Positions 1 through 10,337 of a stretch of 64,000 nucleotides of DNA are shown here, one piece after another. The position numbers and the translations under genes were made by a program. Each line of letters begins with the position of its first letter. Within the stretch, counting starts at the first letter, position 1. The notes under the pieces are model-generated. The model did no database searches. It was not told the origin of the DNA and worked only from the letters and a program-made list of their open reading frames with translations. This DNA comes from Bacilli bacterium (GTDB lineage Bacteria; Bacillota_I; Bacilli_A; RFN20; CAG-826): NCBI GenBank assembly GCA_045600585.1, contig JAZRYE010000003.1:772-64771 (forward strand). Reading direction: 5' to 3'.

Positions 1-43
1 CAATATAGATGTCTTTAGACATGTTTGAACTCCGGATGTATTA

Positions 44-799
44 TTAAAGAATATTCTTTAATAAACCTTCGTATGAATCGATTTTGAGTGAAGCACCACC
101 AACTAAAGCACCATCAACATCTGGGCATGATAAATATGCTTTAACGTTTTCTGGTTTGACAGAGCCACCATAGAGGATTCTGATTTTGCTTGCTGATTTG
201 CCAACAATTTTCTTTAATTCTTTTCTAATGAATTTGCAAATGTCTTCTGCAATTTCAGTTGAAGCATTTTTGCCTGTACCGATAGACCAAACTGGTTCAT
301 AAGCAACAACAAAGTTCTTTGCTTGTTCTTCAGTAATGCCTTCGAAACCTTTTCTAATTTGTTCACCAACAACTTCTTTTGTTGCGCCAGCTTCATATTG
401 TTCGAGTGTTTCACCAACACAATAAACTGGAATCATGTTGTTAGCGACTAATGCTTTCATTTTAAGGTTGCACTTTTCACTTGTTTCATTATCATAAGCT
501 CTTCTTTCAGAGTGGCCTAAGATAACCCAGTTAATTCCAAATTCTTTTAACATTGGGATAGAAACTTCACCTGTGAAAGCACCTTTTTCATTGAAGTGAA
601 CGTTTTGAGCTGCAACGATCATGTTCTTTGAAGCGTATTTTTTAGCAGCTGCTAATGATAAATATGTTGGAGCAACACCTAAATCAATACGGTTTGCTCT
701 AGCTAACTTGACTAATGGTTTTGCTGCAATTGCAAATTCCTTTGCTTCAGCAGCAGTTTTATTCATTTTCCAGTTGCCTAATAATAATTTTTTTCTCAT
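44..799 (-). CDS. tpiA: Triosephosphate isomerase
   Basis: 251-aa ORF with TIM hallmarks visible in the translation (NWKMN near the N-terminus, GHSERR, AYEPVWSIGTG, GGASLK). It sits directly downstream of pgk and gap in the classic gap-pgk-tpi order. Confidence 0.9.
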   Translation of the reverse strand: MRKKLLLGNWKMNKTAAEAKEFAIAAKPLVKLARANRIDLGVAPTYLSLAAAKKYASKNMIVAAQNVHFNEKGAFTGEVSIPMLKEFGINWVILGHSERRAYDNETSEKCNLKMKALVANNMIPVYCVGETLEQYEAGATKEVVGEQIRKGFEGITEEQAKNFVVAYEPVWSIGTGKNASTEIAEDICKFIRKELKKIVGKSASKIRILYGGSVKPENVKAYLSCPDVDGALVGGASLKIDSYEGLLKNIL

Positions 800-815
800 T
801 TTTTATACCTCTTAA

Positions 816-2018
816 TTATGCGAGAACATCGATACCAGGTAAGTGGCCATCGTTTTCAATCATTTCTAAGGAAGCACCGCCACCTGTAGAAACGTGAGAG
901 AATTTGCTCTTGAAGCCAAGTTTCTTAGCAGCAGAAGCAGAGTCACCACCACCGATAACTGTGAATGCATCTTTTAATTCAGCACAGGCTGTACAAACAG
1001 CGACTGTACCTGCAGCAAATTGATCTTGTTCAAAAACACCCATTGGACCATTCCAGAACACTGTTTTAGCACCTGCAATAGCGTTAACATAAAGTTCTCT
1101 TGTTTTTGGACCAATATCCATGCCTTGGAAACCGTCTGGGATAGAATCTACGATTCTAACATCTGTTGGGTTTTCGAAATCGTTTGCAACGACTGCGTCG
1201 ACTGGTAACAAGACTTTACCAGATTCATACATTCTCTTTGCGTATTCAACAAAGTCTGGTTCGAACGGAGAATTGCCAACTGGTCTTCCTAATGCAACTA
1301 AGAATGTGTATGCCATAGCACCACCAATAATGACCTTGTCGCATTTCTTTAATAAAGATTCAATGACTTTGATTTTATCAGAAACTTTGAAACCGCCTAA
1401 AATAGCAACATATGGATGTCTGTCTTCTGGGACAACAACGCATTTTGTTAAGTTAGAAACTTCTTTTTCAACTAAATAGCCTAAAGCAACTTGTTTGCCT
1501 TCTGCTTTTAAGATTTCAGGAATGCCATATGTGGAAGCGTGAGCTCTGTGTGCAGAACCGAAAGCATCCATGACGAATGCGTCTGCTAAAGAAGCCCATT
1601 CTTTGCTTAATTCTGGATCATTCTTTTCTTCGCCTTTTTCATAACGCGTGTTTTGAACTAATAAGATTTCACCATTGTTTAAAGCTGCAACAGCGTTCTT
1701 TAATTCTTCACCACGAGTTGCTGGACAGAATGTAACTTTTGTAGGAGCAACTAATTTTGCGAGTTCATCTGCAACTGGAGCCATGTTGTTTTTAGCTTTA
1801 GCTGCTTCAACTTCTTCAGGAGTTAATTTGTGTTTGATTTTGCCTAAGTGAGACATTAAAACTACTTTGGCACCTTTTGCTACTAATTCTTTGATTGTAG
1901 GAAGAGCAGCAACGATACGGTTGTTATCGGAAATAACACCATTCTTTTGTGGAACGTTGAAGTCAACTCTAACGATGACGACTTTGCCTTCAGCGTTTAA
2001 TTCTTTAACTGTTAACAT
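816..2018 (-). CDS. pgk: Phosphoglycerate kinase
   Basis: 400-aa ORF. Overall PGK architecture is present (N-terminal RVDFNVP substrate-binding region, C-terminal GGGDSA/GGGASLE nucleotide-binding region). Position between gap and tpiA supports the call. Confidence 0.9.
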   Translation of the reverse strand: MLTVKELNAEGKVVIVRVDFNVPQKNGVISDNNRIVAALPTIKELVAKGAKVVLMSHLGKIKHKLTPEEVEAAKAKNNMAPVADELAKLVAPTKVTFCPATRGEELKNAVAALNNGEILLVQNTRYEKGEEKNDPELSKEWASLADAFVMDAFGSAHRAHASTYGIPEILKAEGKQVALGYLVEKEVSNLTKCVVVPEDRHPYVAILGGFKVSDKIKVIESLLKKCDKVIIGGAMAYTFLVALGRPVGNSPFEPDFVEYAKRMYESGKVLLPVDAVVANDFENPTDVRIVDSIPDGFQGMDIGPKTRELYVNAIAGAKTVFWNGPMGVFEQDQFAAGTVAVCTACAELKDAFTVIGGGDSASAAKKLGFKSKFSHVSTGGGASLEMIENDGHLPGIDVLA

Positions 2019-2051
2019 AGTTAAATTTCCTTTCTTTTCTTAAAAATAATG

Positions 2052-2075
2052 GCACCCATGAAGTCACGGGTGCCA
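2052..2075 (-). terminator. Rho-independent terminator downstream of gap
   Basis: Inverted repeat GGCACCC-N10-GGGTGCC, followed on the minus strand by a T-rich run (ATTATTTTTAAG). Confidence 0.5.
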
Positions 2076-2123
2076 ATAATTAGTGTGTTATCACTGGGTA
2101 TTAGCTACCCAACAATTAAACAA

Positions 2124-3197
2124 TTATGCTAATTCAGCGAAGTATTTAATTGTACGAACCATTTGGCTTGTGTATGAGTTTTCATTGTCATACCAAGAAA
2201 CGACTTGTACTTGATATGTTCCTTCTGCGACTTTGCTAACCATTGTTTGTGTAGCATCGAATAAGGAACCGAATCTCATACCGACAACGTCAGAAGAAAC
2301 GATTGGATCTTCGTTGTAGCCATATGATTGTGTTGCAGCAGCTTTCATAGCAGCGTTAACAACTTCAGCTGTTAATTCGCCGTCATATTTGACAACTGCG
2401 ACTAAAATTGTTGTAGAACCTGTTGCAACAGGAACACGTTGTGCAGAACCAATGAGTTTGCCATTTAATTCTGGGATAACTAAACCGATTGCTTTAGCAG
2501 CACCTGTTGAGTTAGGAACAATGTTAGCTGCACCAGCACGAGCTCTTCTTAAGTCACCTTTTCTGTGTGGACCATCAAGAATCATTTGGTCACCAGTATA
2601 AGCGTGAATTGTGCTCATGATACCAGATTGAATTGGAGCTAAATCGTTTAATGCTTTAGCCATTGGAGCTAAGCAGTTTGTTGTACAAGAAGCTGCAGAA
2701 ATAACTGTATCTTCTTTTGTTAATGTGCCTTCGTTAACACCGAAGACGATTGTTGGTAAATCTTTACCTGCAGGAGCAGAGATAACGACTTTCTTTGCAC
2801 CAGCTTTGACGTGTGCGCTTGCCTTTTCTTTTGAGCAGTAGAAACCTGTACATTCTAAGACAACATCAACGCCAATTTTGCCCCAAGGGAGATTTTCAGC
2901 TTTTGGTTCAGCGTAAATTGTGATTTCTTTACCATCAACTGTGATACTACCTGGAGTAACAACTGTTTTTCCATCTTCTGCAAAAACTGGTTCTTTAGAA
3001 GCGATTGTGTGTAAGTTTTCACCAATTCTACCTGTGTAACCACCTTGTGCAGTATCGTATTTTAATAAGTTAGCCAACATCTTTGGAGAAGTTAAATCGT
3101 TAATTGCGACGACTTCATAACCTTCTGCGCCAAACATTTGTCTAAATGCTAAACGGCCGATACGACCGAATCCGTTAATTGCAACTTTAACTGACAT
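2124..3197 (-). CDS. gap: Glyceraldehyde-3-phosphate dehydrogenase
   Basis: 357-aa ORF with NGFGRIGR Rossmann start and the catalytic [10 protein letters not shown] motif. A GGAGG RBS lies upstream. Confidence 0.92.
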   Translation of the reverse strand: MSVKVAINGFGRIGRLAFRQMFGAEGYEVVAINDLTSPKMLANLLKYDTAQGGYTGRIGENLHTIASKEPVFAEDGKTVVTPGSITVDGKEITIYAEPKAENLPWGKIGVDVVLECTGFYCSKEKASAHVKAGAKKVVISAPAGKDLPTIVFGVNEGTLTKEDTVISAASCTTNCLAPMAKALNDLAPIQSGIMSTIHAYTGDQMILDGPHRKGDLRRARAGAANIVPNSTGAAKAIGLVIPELNGKLIGSAQRVPVATGSTTILVAVVKYDGELTAEVVNAAMKAAATQSYGYNEDPIVSSDVVGMRFGSLFDATQTMVSKVAEGTYQVQVVSWYDNENSYTSQMVRTIKYFAELA

Positions 3198-3266
3198 GTA
3201 ATAATGTCCTCCTTATGTTTTGCGTATATAGTTTAAACTATATTATTTATTTTTTACAAGAAAAAA

Positions 3267-3298
3267 GCATAAAAAGTATTACAACTCATTATGCTTTG
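3267..3298 (-). terminator. Terminator of the uvrA...whiA-XRE operon
   Basis: Inverted repeat AAGCATAA-N16-TTATGCTT, followed on the minus strand by TTTTTTCTTG. Confidence 0.45.
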
Positions 3299-3313
3299 AT
3301 TATTTTTATGATT

Positions 3314-3532
3314 TTAGAAGGACTCTAATCCTTGGCAAAGGACGGATAATGTTATGCCAAAAGCATTAGAAATTCGTTCAAGAACTTTGATTGTTGGATT
3401 TCTCGTACCTCTTTCTAAATCACTTATATAATTCTTATTTATATTAGCTTCTAGAGCGAGATCTTCTTGACTCCACTTCTTTTGCTTTCTAAGATAAGCA
3501 ATTCTCATGCCTAACTGCTTTTCGATTGTCAT
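3314..3532 (-). CDS. XRE-family HTH transcriptional regulator (72 aa)
   Basis: HTH_XRE-type helix-turn-helix (SQEDLALEANINKNYISDLERG). Overlaps whiA by 4 bp. Confidence 0.6.
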   Translation of the reverse strand: MTIEKQLGMRIAYLRKQKKWSQEDLALEANINKNYISDLERGTRNPTIKVLERISNAFGITLSVLCQGLESF

Positions 3533-4482
3533 TTTGGTAGCCTCTCATATAAAACATGAATTGCTCTAAACAAATGATTGATATTAGATTTTGTGATTGT
3601 AGTTCCTAATTCTTCAGACATTAGATCCGCTAATTCTTGAAGAGAGGCTTGTTCGTTTCTCAAGCGTAATTCACAAAGTTTTCTTTGTTTTTGGTTTGAA
3701 ATATTATCAATTCCGAGTTTTTCATCGATGTGCTTTATTTCTTTTAATTGTCTTAAGCCTGTTTCATATGTCTTTTTGAAGTTAGCGGTATCAATATTTG
3801 TTAAACGATTAGCACTATTAACAAAATCGCGATTAGCTCTTACATCTTCAAATTCCAAGCATCCAGAAACTGCACCTATCATAATTAGGAAATTAGCAAT
3901 TTGATCACTTTTCTTAAAATAAATGATATATCTATCTCTTCTAGCAGCAACTTTTGGTTCAATGTTGCTATTTTTGTATTTACCAAATAATTTAGAAAGC
4001 CATTTAGCGTAGTTTTCACTATTACAAGATATTTCTAAATGATAATTGCTTGTTTCTGGTGAATTAACACTACCACTAGCAAGAAAAGCACCAGCTAAAT
4101 AGCCAGATATCGTATCATCATTTCTAACAATGTTTTTACTTATCTTACCTTCAAGGAAAGAAATGTCTAAATCTTCAATAATAGCTTCACTAGCTTCATC
4201 AACAGTAATTGTATAGACATTTGATTTTGATAAATTTGATTTTGTATGAATAGATAAATGAGCATGGCAATCATAAATGTCATTTAATGTTTGATATATG
4301 AACTTACCAATTTTGGCATTTTCGGTAGTTAAAGTTAGATAAGTACTTCTATCGCGTATAACCAAAGAACCGTTAATACGGATATATGCAGCAAGAAGTG
4401 CTCTTAAACGGTCGCCACTAGGATATTCGTTTGTCGCAAGTTCTTCTTTTATTCTTGATGTAAAAGATTCTTTAGTTTTCAT
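3529..4482 (-). CDS. whiA: WhiA-family sporulation/cell-division regulator homolog
   Basis: 317 aa. N-terminal LAGLIDADG-like region (YLAGAFLASGSVNSP) and C-terminal HTH, consistent with the WhiA/YvcL family. The trxB neighbour matches Firmicutes synteny. Confidence 0.75.
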   Translation of the reverse strand: MKTKESFTSRIKEELATNEYPSGDRLRALLAAYIRINGSLVIRDRSTYLTLTTENAKIGKFIYQTLNDIYDCHAHLSIHTKSNLSKSNVYTITVDEASEAIIEDLDISFLEGKISKNIVRNDDTISGYLAGAFLASGSVNSPETSNYHLEISCNSENYAKWLSKLFGKYKNSNIEPKVAARRDRYIIYFKKSDQIANFLIMIGAVSGCLEFEDVRANRDFVNSANRLTNIDTANFKKTYETGLRQLKEIKHIDEKLGIDNISNQKQRKLCELRLRNEQASLQELADLMSEELGTTITKSNINHLFRAIHVLYERLPK

Positions 4483-5398
4483 TTTCTTTATTTAAATATT
4501 CAATAATTGAGTTAGCGGCTTTTTTGCCATCTAATTCCGCTAAATAGATTTGTCTTAATTCACGAGGTAAGACATCGCCTCCAGCATATAGACCAGGAAT
4601 GCACGTTTCCATATTTTTATTAACAGGAATAAAGCCATTATTGTCTAAAACTTTATCGATGTTCATAAATATAGTATTTGGAATAACTCCAATCAATGGA
4701 AATATTCCATTTGTAGGAATTACGATTTCTTCGTTTGTTTTTAAATTTAGTAGTTTAACGCCTTTTACTATGTCTTCTGCAATAATTTCTTTAATAATAT
4801 ATGGATTTAGAATATTTGTATTATCTTTTGATAAATACTCTTCAAGTAATTTTTTTGAACAATTTATTTCTATTTTTGAATCGATAAATGTTACTTTGCT
4901 AGCTAAAGAAGATAAATAAATAGCTTCTTTAATAGCGTGTTCATCTCCTCCGATAACAATGACCTCTTTTTTTCTAAAGAAGTGGCCATCGCAAACAGCA
5001 CAGTAGGAAAGGCCAAGGCCAAGAAGTTCATCTTCTTTTTCTAAACCAAGTTTCTTTTCTCTACATCCACTTGCAACTAATACCGTTTTAGCAAAGTAAG
5101 TAGAATTTTCTCCCTTTAGTTTAAAAATATTTTCTTCTTTGGTTAATGAGATGACTTTATCTGGAATAACTTCAATCTTATTATCCAAAACTCTTTTATA
5201 TAAAGAATATGCTAATGAAGGACCTAATACTTTATCGAATCCAGGATAATTATCAACTCTAGGAGTAATATTTACTTTTCCTCCAGGAGTGGAGCCTTCT
5301 ATAATTGCAATTCTTTTTCCAGCGTTTTTCAAAATCAAAGAAGATCCAATGCCACAAGGACCGCACCCAATAATTAATGTATCGTAAGGATTAAGCAT
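4472..5398 (-). CDS. trxB: Thioredoxin-disulfide reductase-like flavoprotein
   Basis: 308 aa. FAD-binding GxGxxG (IIGCGPCG), redox-active CAVCDG dithiol (TrxB CATCDG-like), second dinucleotide-binding fold (VIGGDEHAIKEAIYL). Confidence 0.7.
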   Translation of the reverse strand: MLNPYDTLIIGCGPCGIGSSLILKNAGKRIAIIEGSTPGGKVNITPRVDNYPGFDKVLGPSLAYSLYKRVLDNKIEVIPDKVISLTKEENIFKLKGENSTYFAKTVLVASGCREKKLGLEKEDELLGLGLSYCAVCDGHFFRKKEVIVIGGDEHAIKEAIYLSSLASKVTFIDSKIEINCSKKLLEEYLSKDNTNILNPYIIKEIIAEDIVKGVKLLNLKTNEEIVIPTNGIFPLIGVIPNTIFMNIDKVLDNNGFIPVNKNMETCIPGLYAGGDVLPRELRQIYLAELDGKKAANSIIEYLNKENEN

Positions 5399-6038
5399 TT
5401 AAGATCTTCTCCGTTAGTTCTTCAAATGTATCTGCTTTAATTGCAGGTTCATAAATAATATCAACTGGATTAGGGCCCCATGTTACTAACGCACAGTCGA
5501 TGCCAGCATTTTTAGCTGTCAATAGATCTGTCGTATTGTCTCCGATATATAAAACCTCTTCCGGATTAGTAATGTTTAATTTTTTCATAGCCGATAAGCA
5601 GCCTTCTCCATCAGGCTTTGCAACTTTTACATCATCCGCTGCTACAAAGAATTCTACGATGTCATTCAATTTCAAAGCATCAATATAACTTTGAGTCGGT
5701 TTATGGAATTTATTTGTGATAATCACAATATGCATTCCACTTTCTTTAAGTCTTCCAAGTGACTCTATGGCCCCATCATATGTAATCAAAGTTTTACTTA
5801 AAGAAGATATAGCAATTTCTATATATTCATTAGCTAATTTAATTGGATCTTGATTTGGAAATTCTTTCGCCATTGTTTCAGTTACTGGAGGTCCAGAAAA
5901 AGAAGCGAGCTTGGCTTTGGAAGGTAATTTACCATTGCCATATTTTTTATAGAGCACTTCCATTGTTTGAATAAGACAAGGAATTGTGTCAACAATAGTC
6001 CCATCTAGATCAAATAAGAGTAAAGAGTATTTACTCAT
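5391..6038 (-). CDS. HAD-superfamily hydrolase (PpaX/phosphatase-like)
   Basis: Begins with the DxDGT HAD motif I (LLFDLDGTIVDT) and carries a C-terminal GDNTTDLLTAKNAG motif IV. Placement next to lgt mirrors B. subtilis lgt-yvoD-ppaX. Confidence 0.6.
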   Translation of the reverse strand: MSKYSLLLFDLDGTIVDTIPCLIQTMEVLYKKYGNGKLPSKAKLASFSGPPVTETMAKEFPNQDPIKLANEYIEIAISSLSKTLITYDGAIESLGRLKESGMHIVIITNKFHKPTQSYIDALKLNDIVEFFVAADDVKVAKPDGEGCLSAMKKLNITNPEEVLYIGDNTTDLLTAKNAGIDCALVTWGPNPVDIIYEPAIKADTFEELTEKILNA

Positions 6039-7395
6039 TAGTACTACCCTCTTGAGTATCTACTACTTTTGTTTCTTCTATTTGAGTTTTGTTATGTTTT
6101 GAAATAATGTATCTAATTACGTGGTTCCCAATGATAGCAAGTACACCAGCAGCAATGAAAACAAATGACCAGATCCAACTCCAGTTACCATCGTTTCCCA
6201 TGTTATAAGTTGGGTCTCTTAATGGTTCCATGATAGCACGAGTTAAACCATACCAAACAATATAGCCAAAACCAATATCAAGAGGCTTTTTCCATTTCTT
6301 CAAAGCATGTTCAACAAAATGTGCAAGGAAGAAATATCCAAATAAATTTACAAATCCCTCAATTAAGAATAATGGGACATACATTTGACCTGCTGGAGTA
6401 GGAACACCACTGCCATTGAAATGGCAGTTATTAAAAATGACTCTAGGTAACCATGCAAATAATTTGTCATCAACTAATTGACCATAAACTTCAATATTAA
6501 AGAAGTTGCCCCATCTACCGATTGCTTGTGCAATTAAAATAGATGGAATAGCAATATCAGCTACTTTGATAATGCTGTAGCCTTTTCCTTTGTGCCTCCA
6601 AATAAACCAAAGAACACCGACGACGATACCAGTAGGAGCACCACCCATAATAGTTAATCCACCTTCATGGATTGAACACATAGATACAAATGATTCCCAT
6701 GGTTGACCAGGAATAATAAAGCTATCTAATTCACCAAGAACATAGAAAATTCTTGCGCCAATAATTCCGGCAGGAAGAGCAATCAAGAATGTGGATTCTA
6801 ATAATCCATGTTTTCCATATTCAAGATACATTTTATGGTCGCACAAGAAATAAACAAGAACCGCACCAGAAAGGATGCAAATTGCATACCAAGCAATGCT
6901 AGGTGAAGTTCCGCTACCAGGGTATACTAAGCCTTCTTTGAAATTGATACCATTATATAAAGGATAATGCATATATTCTGCAAATCCATCACTCATAACA
7001 AAAAAGAAAACAAGAGATAAAGTAAAGGCAATAATCATCCCTCTAAAAAGCCACTTATCAAGCTTTTCAGGAATGTTTTTGCCATAATAATGAAGAATAA
7101 AAGCATTAACTGCTCCCATAAATAGACTAGAGAATAGTAAACTTCCAATAACACCTAAAGCAATTTCACCACCTTTTGGTGAAACATCTTTCCACCAATA
7201 GATGGACACCATCATCATAGTGAAAGTAATTGCTAAAGCACCAAGAAGAATGCCTTCTTTTTTTATTACTTGAACATAATCAATTTTTGCTTGTAAAGAT
7301 TTAACAGTAGCGCGTGATTTGACAACCATTAATGTGCCAAGCACTACAGTTGCAATTGCAAATATAATAAATAAAACCATTCCCATTTTAATCAC
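6031..7395 (-). CDS. lgt: Prolipoprotein diacylglyceryl transferase with a ~180-aa N-terminal polytopic extension
   Basis: 454 aa. The C-terminal ~270 aa carry Lgt-like features (HEGGLTIMGG, GRWGNFFN). The N-terminal third is extra TM helices. Overlaps the HAD gene by 8 bp and abuts uvrA. Confidence 0.65.
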   Translation of the reverse strand: MIKMGMVLFIIFAIATVVLGTLMVVKSRATVKSLQAKIDYVQVIKKEGILLGALAITFTMMMVSIYWWKDVSPKGGEIALGVIGSLLFSSLFMGAVNAFILHYYGKNIPEKLDKWLFRGMIIAFTLSLVFFFVMSDGFAEYMHYPLYNGINFKEGLVYPGSGTSPSIAWYAICILSGAVLVYFLCDHKMYLEYGKHGLLESTFLIALPAGIIGARIFYVLGELDSFIIPGQPWESFVSMCSIHEGGLTIMGGAPTGIVVGVLWFIWRHKGKGYSIIKVADIAIPSILIAQAIGRWGNFFNIEVYGQLVDDKLFAWLPRVIFNNCHFNGSGVPTPAGQMYVPLFLIEGFVNLFGYFFLAHFVEHALKKWKKPLDIGFGYIVWYGLTRAIMEPLRDPTYNMGNDGNWSWIWSFVFIAAGVLAIIGNHVIRYIISKHNKTQIEETKVVDTQEGSTNE

Positions 7396-10236
7396 CTAGC
7401 AATAATGCCCTTTCTCTAATATTTCTTTTAAATATTGTCCAGTGTATGACTTTTTAACCTTAACAATATCTTCAGGAGTTCCCTTGGCAACTAAAGTTCC
7501 ACCTTTATCGCCGCCTTCAGGTCCTAAATCAATAATATAATCGCTAACTTTAATAACATCTAAATTATGTTCAATAACTAAAACCGAATCGCCATTATCA
7601 ACAATTCTTTGTAAAATCTTAATTAATCTAGATACATCATCTGTATGTAAACCAGTTGTAGGTTCATCTAATATGTATAAAGTTTTGCCAGTTGCTTTTC
7701 TTTGAAGTTCGCTAGCAAGTTTAACTCTTTGAGCTTCTCCACCAGAAAGAGTAGTCGCTGATTGACCTAATTTAATATAGCCTAAGCCGACATCATATAA
7801 TGTTTGAATTTTCTTCTTTAAAGATGGTCTATTTTCAAAGAACTTAAGAGCATCTTCAATAGTCATTTCTAAAACATCGTAAATAGTCTTACCTTTATAT
7901 GTAACTTGTAAAGTTTCTTCGTTATATCTTTTACCTTGGCAAGATTCACATTTTACATAGACATTAGGCAGGAAATTCATTGGAATACATGTAACACCTG
8001 CACCTTGGCATTCTTCACATCTACCTCCAACATTGTTAAAGGAGAATCTACCTTTATCAAAGCCTCTTGATTTGGCTTCAACAGTTTCTGCGAATATATC
8101 ACGAATATCATCAAATAATTTGACATATGTAGCTGGGTTACTTCTTGGTGTTCTTCCAATAGGTTCTTGAGTAATATTAATAACCTTATCAATGTTTTCT
8201 ACACCTAAAATTTGATCAACTTGACCAACAGGAATAGTTTTTGTTTTTGATAAAGCATTTTGTAAATAAGGATATAAAGTTTGATTAACTAAAGAAGATT
8301 TACCACTACCGGATACGCCTGTGATGGATACTAAACATCCTAAAGGAATATCAATATTAGTTTTCTTTAAGTTATTGCATCTAGCGCCTCTAATAGAAAA
8401 AAATTTGCCATTACCAGTTTTTCTATTTTTTGGAATTGGAATGAATTTCCTGCCAGAAAGATAAGCGCCTGTTAAAGAAGCTTCATTTTCTTCAATTTCT
8501 TTTGGAGATCCGGCAGCAACAACTTCTCCGCCATGCACTCCAGCGCCAGGCCCAATATCAACAATATAGTCCGCGCTTCTAATTGTTTCTTCATCGTGTT
8601 CGACAACAATTAGAGTATTGCCTAAATCTCTCATTGTTTTCATTGTTTTAATAAGCTTTTCGCTATCTCTACTATGCAAGCCAATAGATGGTTCGTCCAT
8701 AACATATAAAACGCCTGTTAATTTAGAACCAATTTGAGTGGCTAATCTAATTCTTTGTGATTCACCACCGCTAAGAGTCATAGCCATACGTGACAATGTT
8801 AAATATTCAAGACCGACATCGCATAAGAATGTTGTTCTATTATCAATTTCTTTTAAAACTAATTCGCCAATATTTTTTTGTGTTGTCGTTAATTTATTAG
8901 GTAAAGTTCTAACCCATTCTCTTAAATCTTTGAGTTGCATGCTAGTAACTTCATATATATTTTTATTATCAATTAAAACAGATAATGCCGCTTCACTTAA
9001 TCTCGCACCATTACATGTTGTACAAATTGTGTCATGTAAGAAAGTTTCATAATACTCTCTCATGAAATCGGAAGAGGTTTCATTATATAAACGTTCAATT
9101 TTAGTTTTAATGCCTTCAATATAGCCGATTCTATTCATCGTATTGCCGCTTGAAGATTTAAGTGTATATTTATGAATTTCTGGAGAACCATTTAATAAAA
9201 TAGTTTTTTTCTTTTCTGGTATATCTTTGTATGGAATTGTTGTATCAATTTTATATAAAGTGCAAAGCATCTTAAATTCTTGCCATTCAAGATTTTGCGA
9301 GCCAACAGTATTTTTAAAATATCTTATTGCTCCTTGATCGATGGATAATGTATCATCAAGGACTAATAGGTTAGGGTCAACTTCTCTTTTGATTCCTAAG
9401 CCTTTGCAGTCTGGGCAGCATCCTAAAGGTGAATTAAAAGAAAATAATCTTGGTTCAACCTTTGGAATAGAGAAACCACATTGTGGGCAAGTATGTTTAT
9501 CAGAAAGAATCTTTTCTTCGATATCAGAAAGGATAATTAATAAACCACGAGACCAGTTAATAGCGGTCTCAATTGATTCATAAACTCTACTTCTACTTTC
9601 TTTTTTAACAATGATTCTATCAACGACAATATCGATATTGTGTTTTTTATTTTTTTCTAACTCCTTAACGTCAAAAGTTGAAAGCATTTCTCCATCAATT
9701 CTGACACGAGAAAAACCACCTACTCTAATCTTATCAATAATATCTTTATGAGTTCCTTTTTCTTGATGAACAATAGGAGCAAGTAACTGCACTTTTGTTC
9801 CTTCTGGATAATTCATAACTATATCAGTCATCATCGTTACAGAAAAAGAAATAATTGGCTCGTGATGTTTTGGACAATATGGAATACCAATACGACCAAA
9901 TAATAATCTTAAATAATCGTAAATTTCTGTAACCGTTCCAACTGTTGAACGAGGATTATGAGAAACAGATTTTTGATCAATTGCAATAGCAGGAGATAAT
10001 CCTTCTATAGAATCAACATCAGGTTTATTAAAGTTGCCTAAAAATTGTCTAGCATAACTAGATAATGATTCCATATATCTTCTTTGACCTTCAGCATAAA
10101 TAGTATCGAATGCTAATGTTGATTTGCCACTTCCTGATAAACCAGTAAAAACAACTAAAGATTCCTTAGGAACGCTAACATTAACATTCTTAAGATTATT
10201 CTCTCTAGCTCCTGTAATAATAATTTTCTTTCCCAT
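7396..10236 (-). CDS. uvrA: Excinuclease ABC subunit A
   Basis: 946 aa. Two ABC ATPase modules (GLSGSGKSTLA and GVSGSGKSSLV Walker A; two LSGGE signatures) plus CxxC zinc-finger modules (CPQCG, CEECQG...CESCQG). Confidence 0.95.
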   Translation of the reverse strand: MGKKIIITGARENNLKNVNVSVPKESLVVFTGLSGSGKSTLAFDTIYAEGQRRYMESLSSYARQFLGNFNKPDVDSIEGLSPAIAIDQKSVSHNPRSTVGTVTEIYDYLRLLFGRIGIPYCPKHHEPIISFSVTMMTDIVMNYPEGTKVQLLAPIVHQEKGTHKDIIDKIRVGGFSRVRIDGEMLSTFDVKELEKNKKHNIDIVVDRIIVKKESRSRVYESIETAINWSRGLLIILSDIEEKILSDKHTCPQCGFSIPKVEPRLFSFNSPLGCCPDCKGLGIKREVDPNLLVLDDTLSIDQGAIRYFKNTVGSQNLEWQEFKMLCTLYKIDTTIPYKDIPEKKKTILLNGSPEIHKYTLKSSSGNTMNRIGYIEGIKTKIERLYNETSSDFMREYYETFLHDTICTTCNGARLSEAALSVLIDNKNIYEVTSMQLKDLREWVRTLPNKLTTTQKNIGELVLKEIDNRTTFLCDVGLEYLTLSRMAMTLSGGESQRIRLATQIGSKLTGVLYVMDEPSIGLHSRDSEKLIKTMKTMRDLGNTLIVVEHDEETIRSADYIVDIGPGAGVHGGEVVAAGSPKEIEENEASLTGAYLSGRKFIPIPKNRKTGNGKFFSIRGARCNNLKKTNIDIPLGCLVSITGVSGSGKSSLVNQTLYPYLQNALSKTKTIPVGQVDQILGVENIDKVINITQEPIGRTPRSNPATYVKLFDDIRDIFAETVEAKSRGFDKGRFSFNNVGGRCEECQGAGVTCIPMNFLPNVYVKCESCQGKRYNEETLQVTYKGKTIYDVLEMTIEDALKFFENRPSLKKKIQTLYDVGLGYIKLGQSATTLSGGEAQRVKLASELQRKATGKTLYILDEPTTGLHTDDVSRLIKILQRIVDNGDSVLVIEHNLDVIKVSDYIIDLGPEGGDKGGTLVAKGTPEDIVKVKKSYTGQYLKEILEKGHYC

Positions 10237-10288
10237 AATTTCTTCTTTCGAATTATTCTAACAAATAATTAGAAAAATAGATATGAAA

Positions 10289-10302
10289 ACACTTTAAAGT
10301 GT
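10289..10302. promoter_or_regulatory. Perfect 14-bp palindrome ACACTTTAAAGTGT in the uvrA upstream region
   Basis: Seen in sequence about 55 bp upstream of the uvrA start. It is not a Cheo-type (CGAAC-N4-GTTCG) LexA box. Confidence 0.3.
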
Positions 10303-10321
10303 ATTTACACGTAAAAAGAAA

Positions 10322-10336
10322 AGCATCAGTGATGCT
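10322..10336 (-). terminator. Terminator downstream of the P-loop kinase gene
   Basis: Hairpin AGCATC-AGT-GATGCT immediately after the stop, followed on the minus strand by TTTTCTTTTT. Confidence 0.45.
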
Positions 10337-10337
10337 A

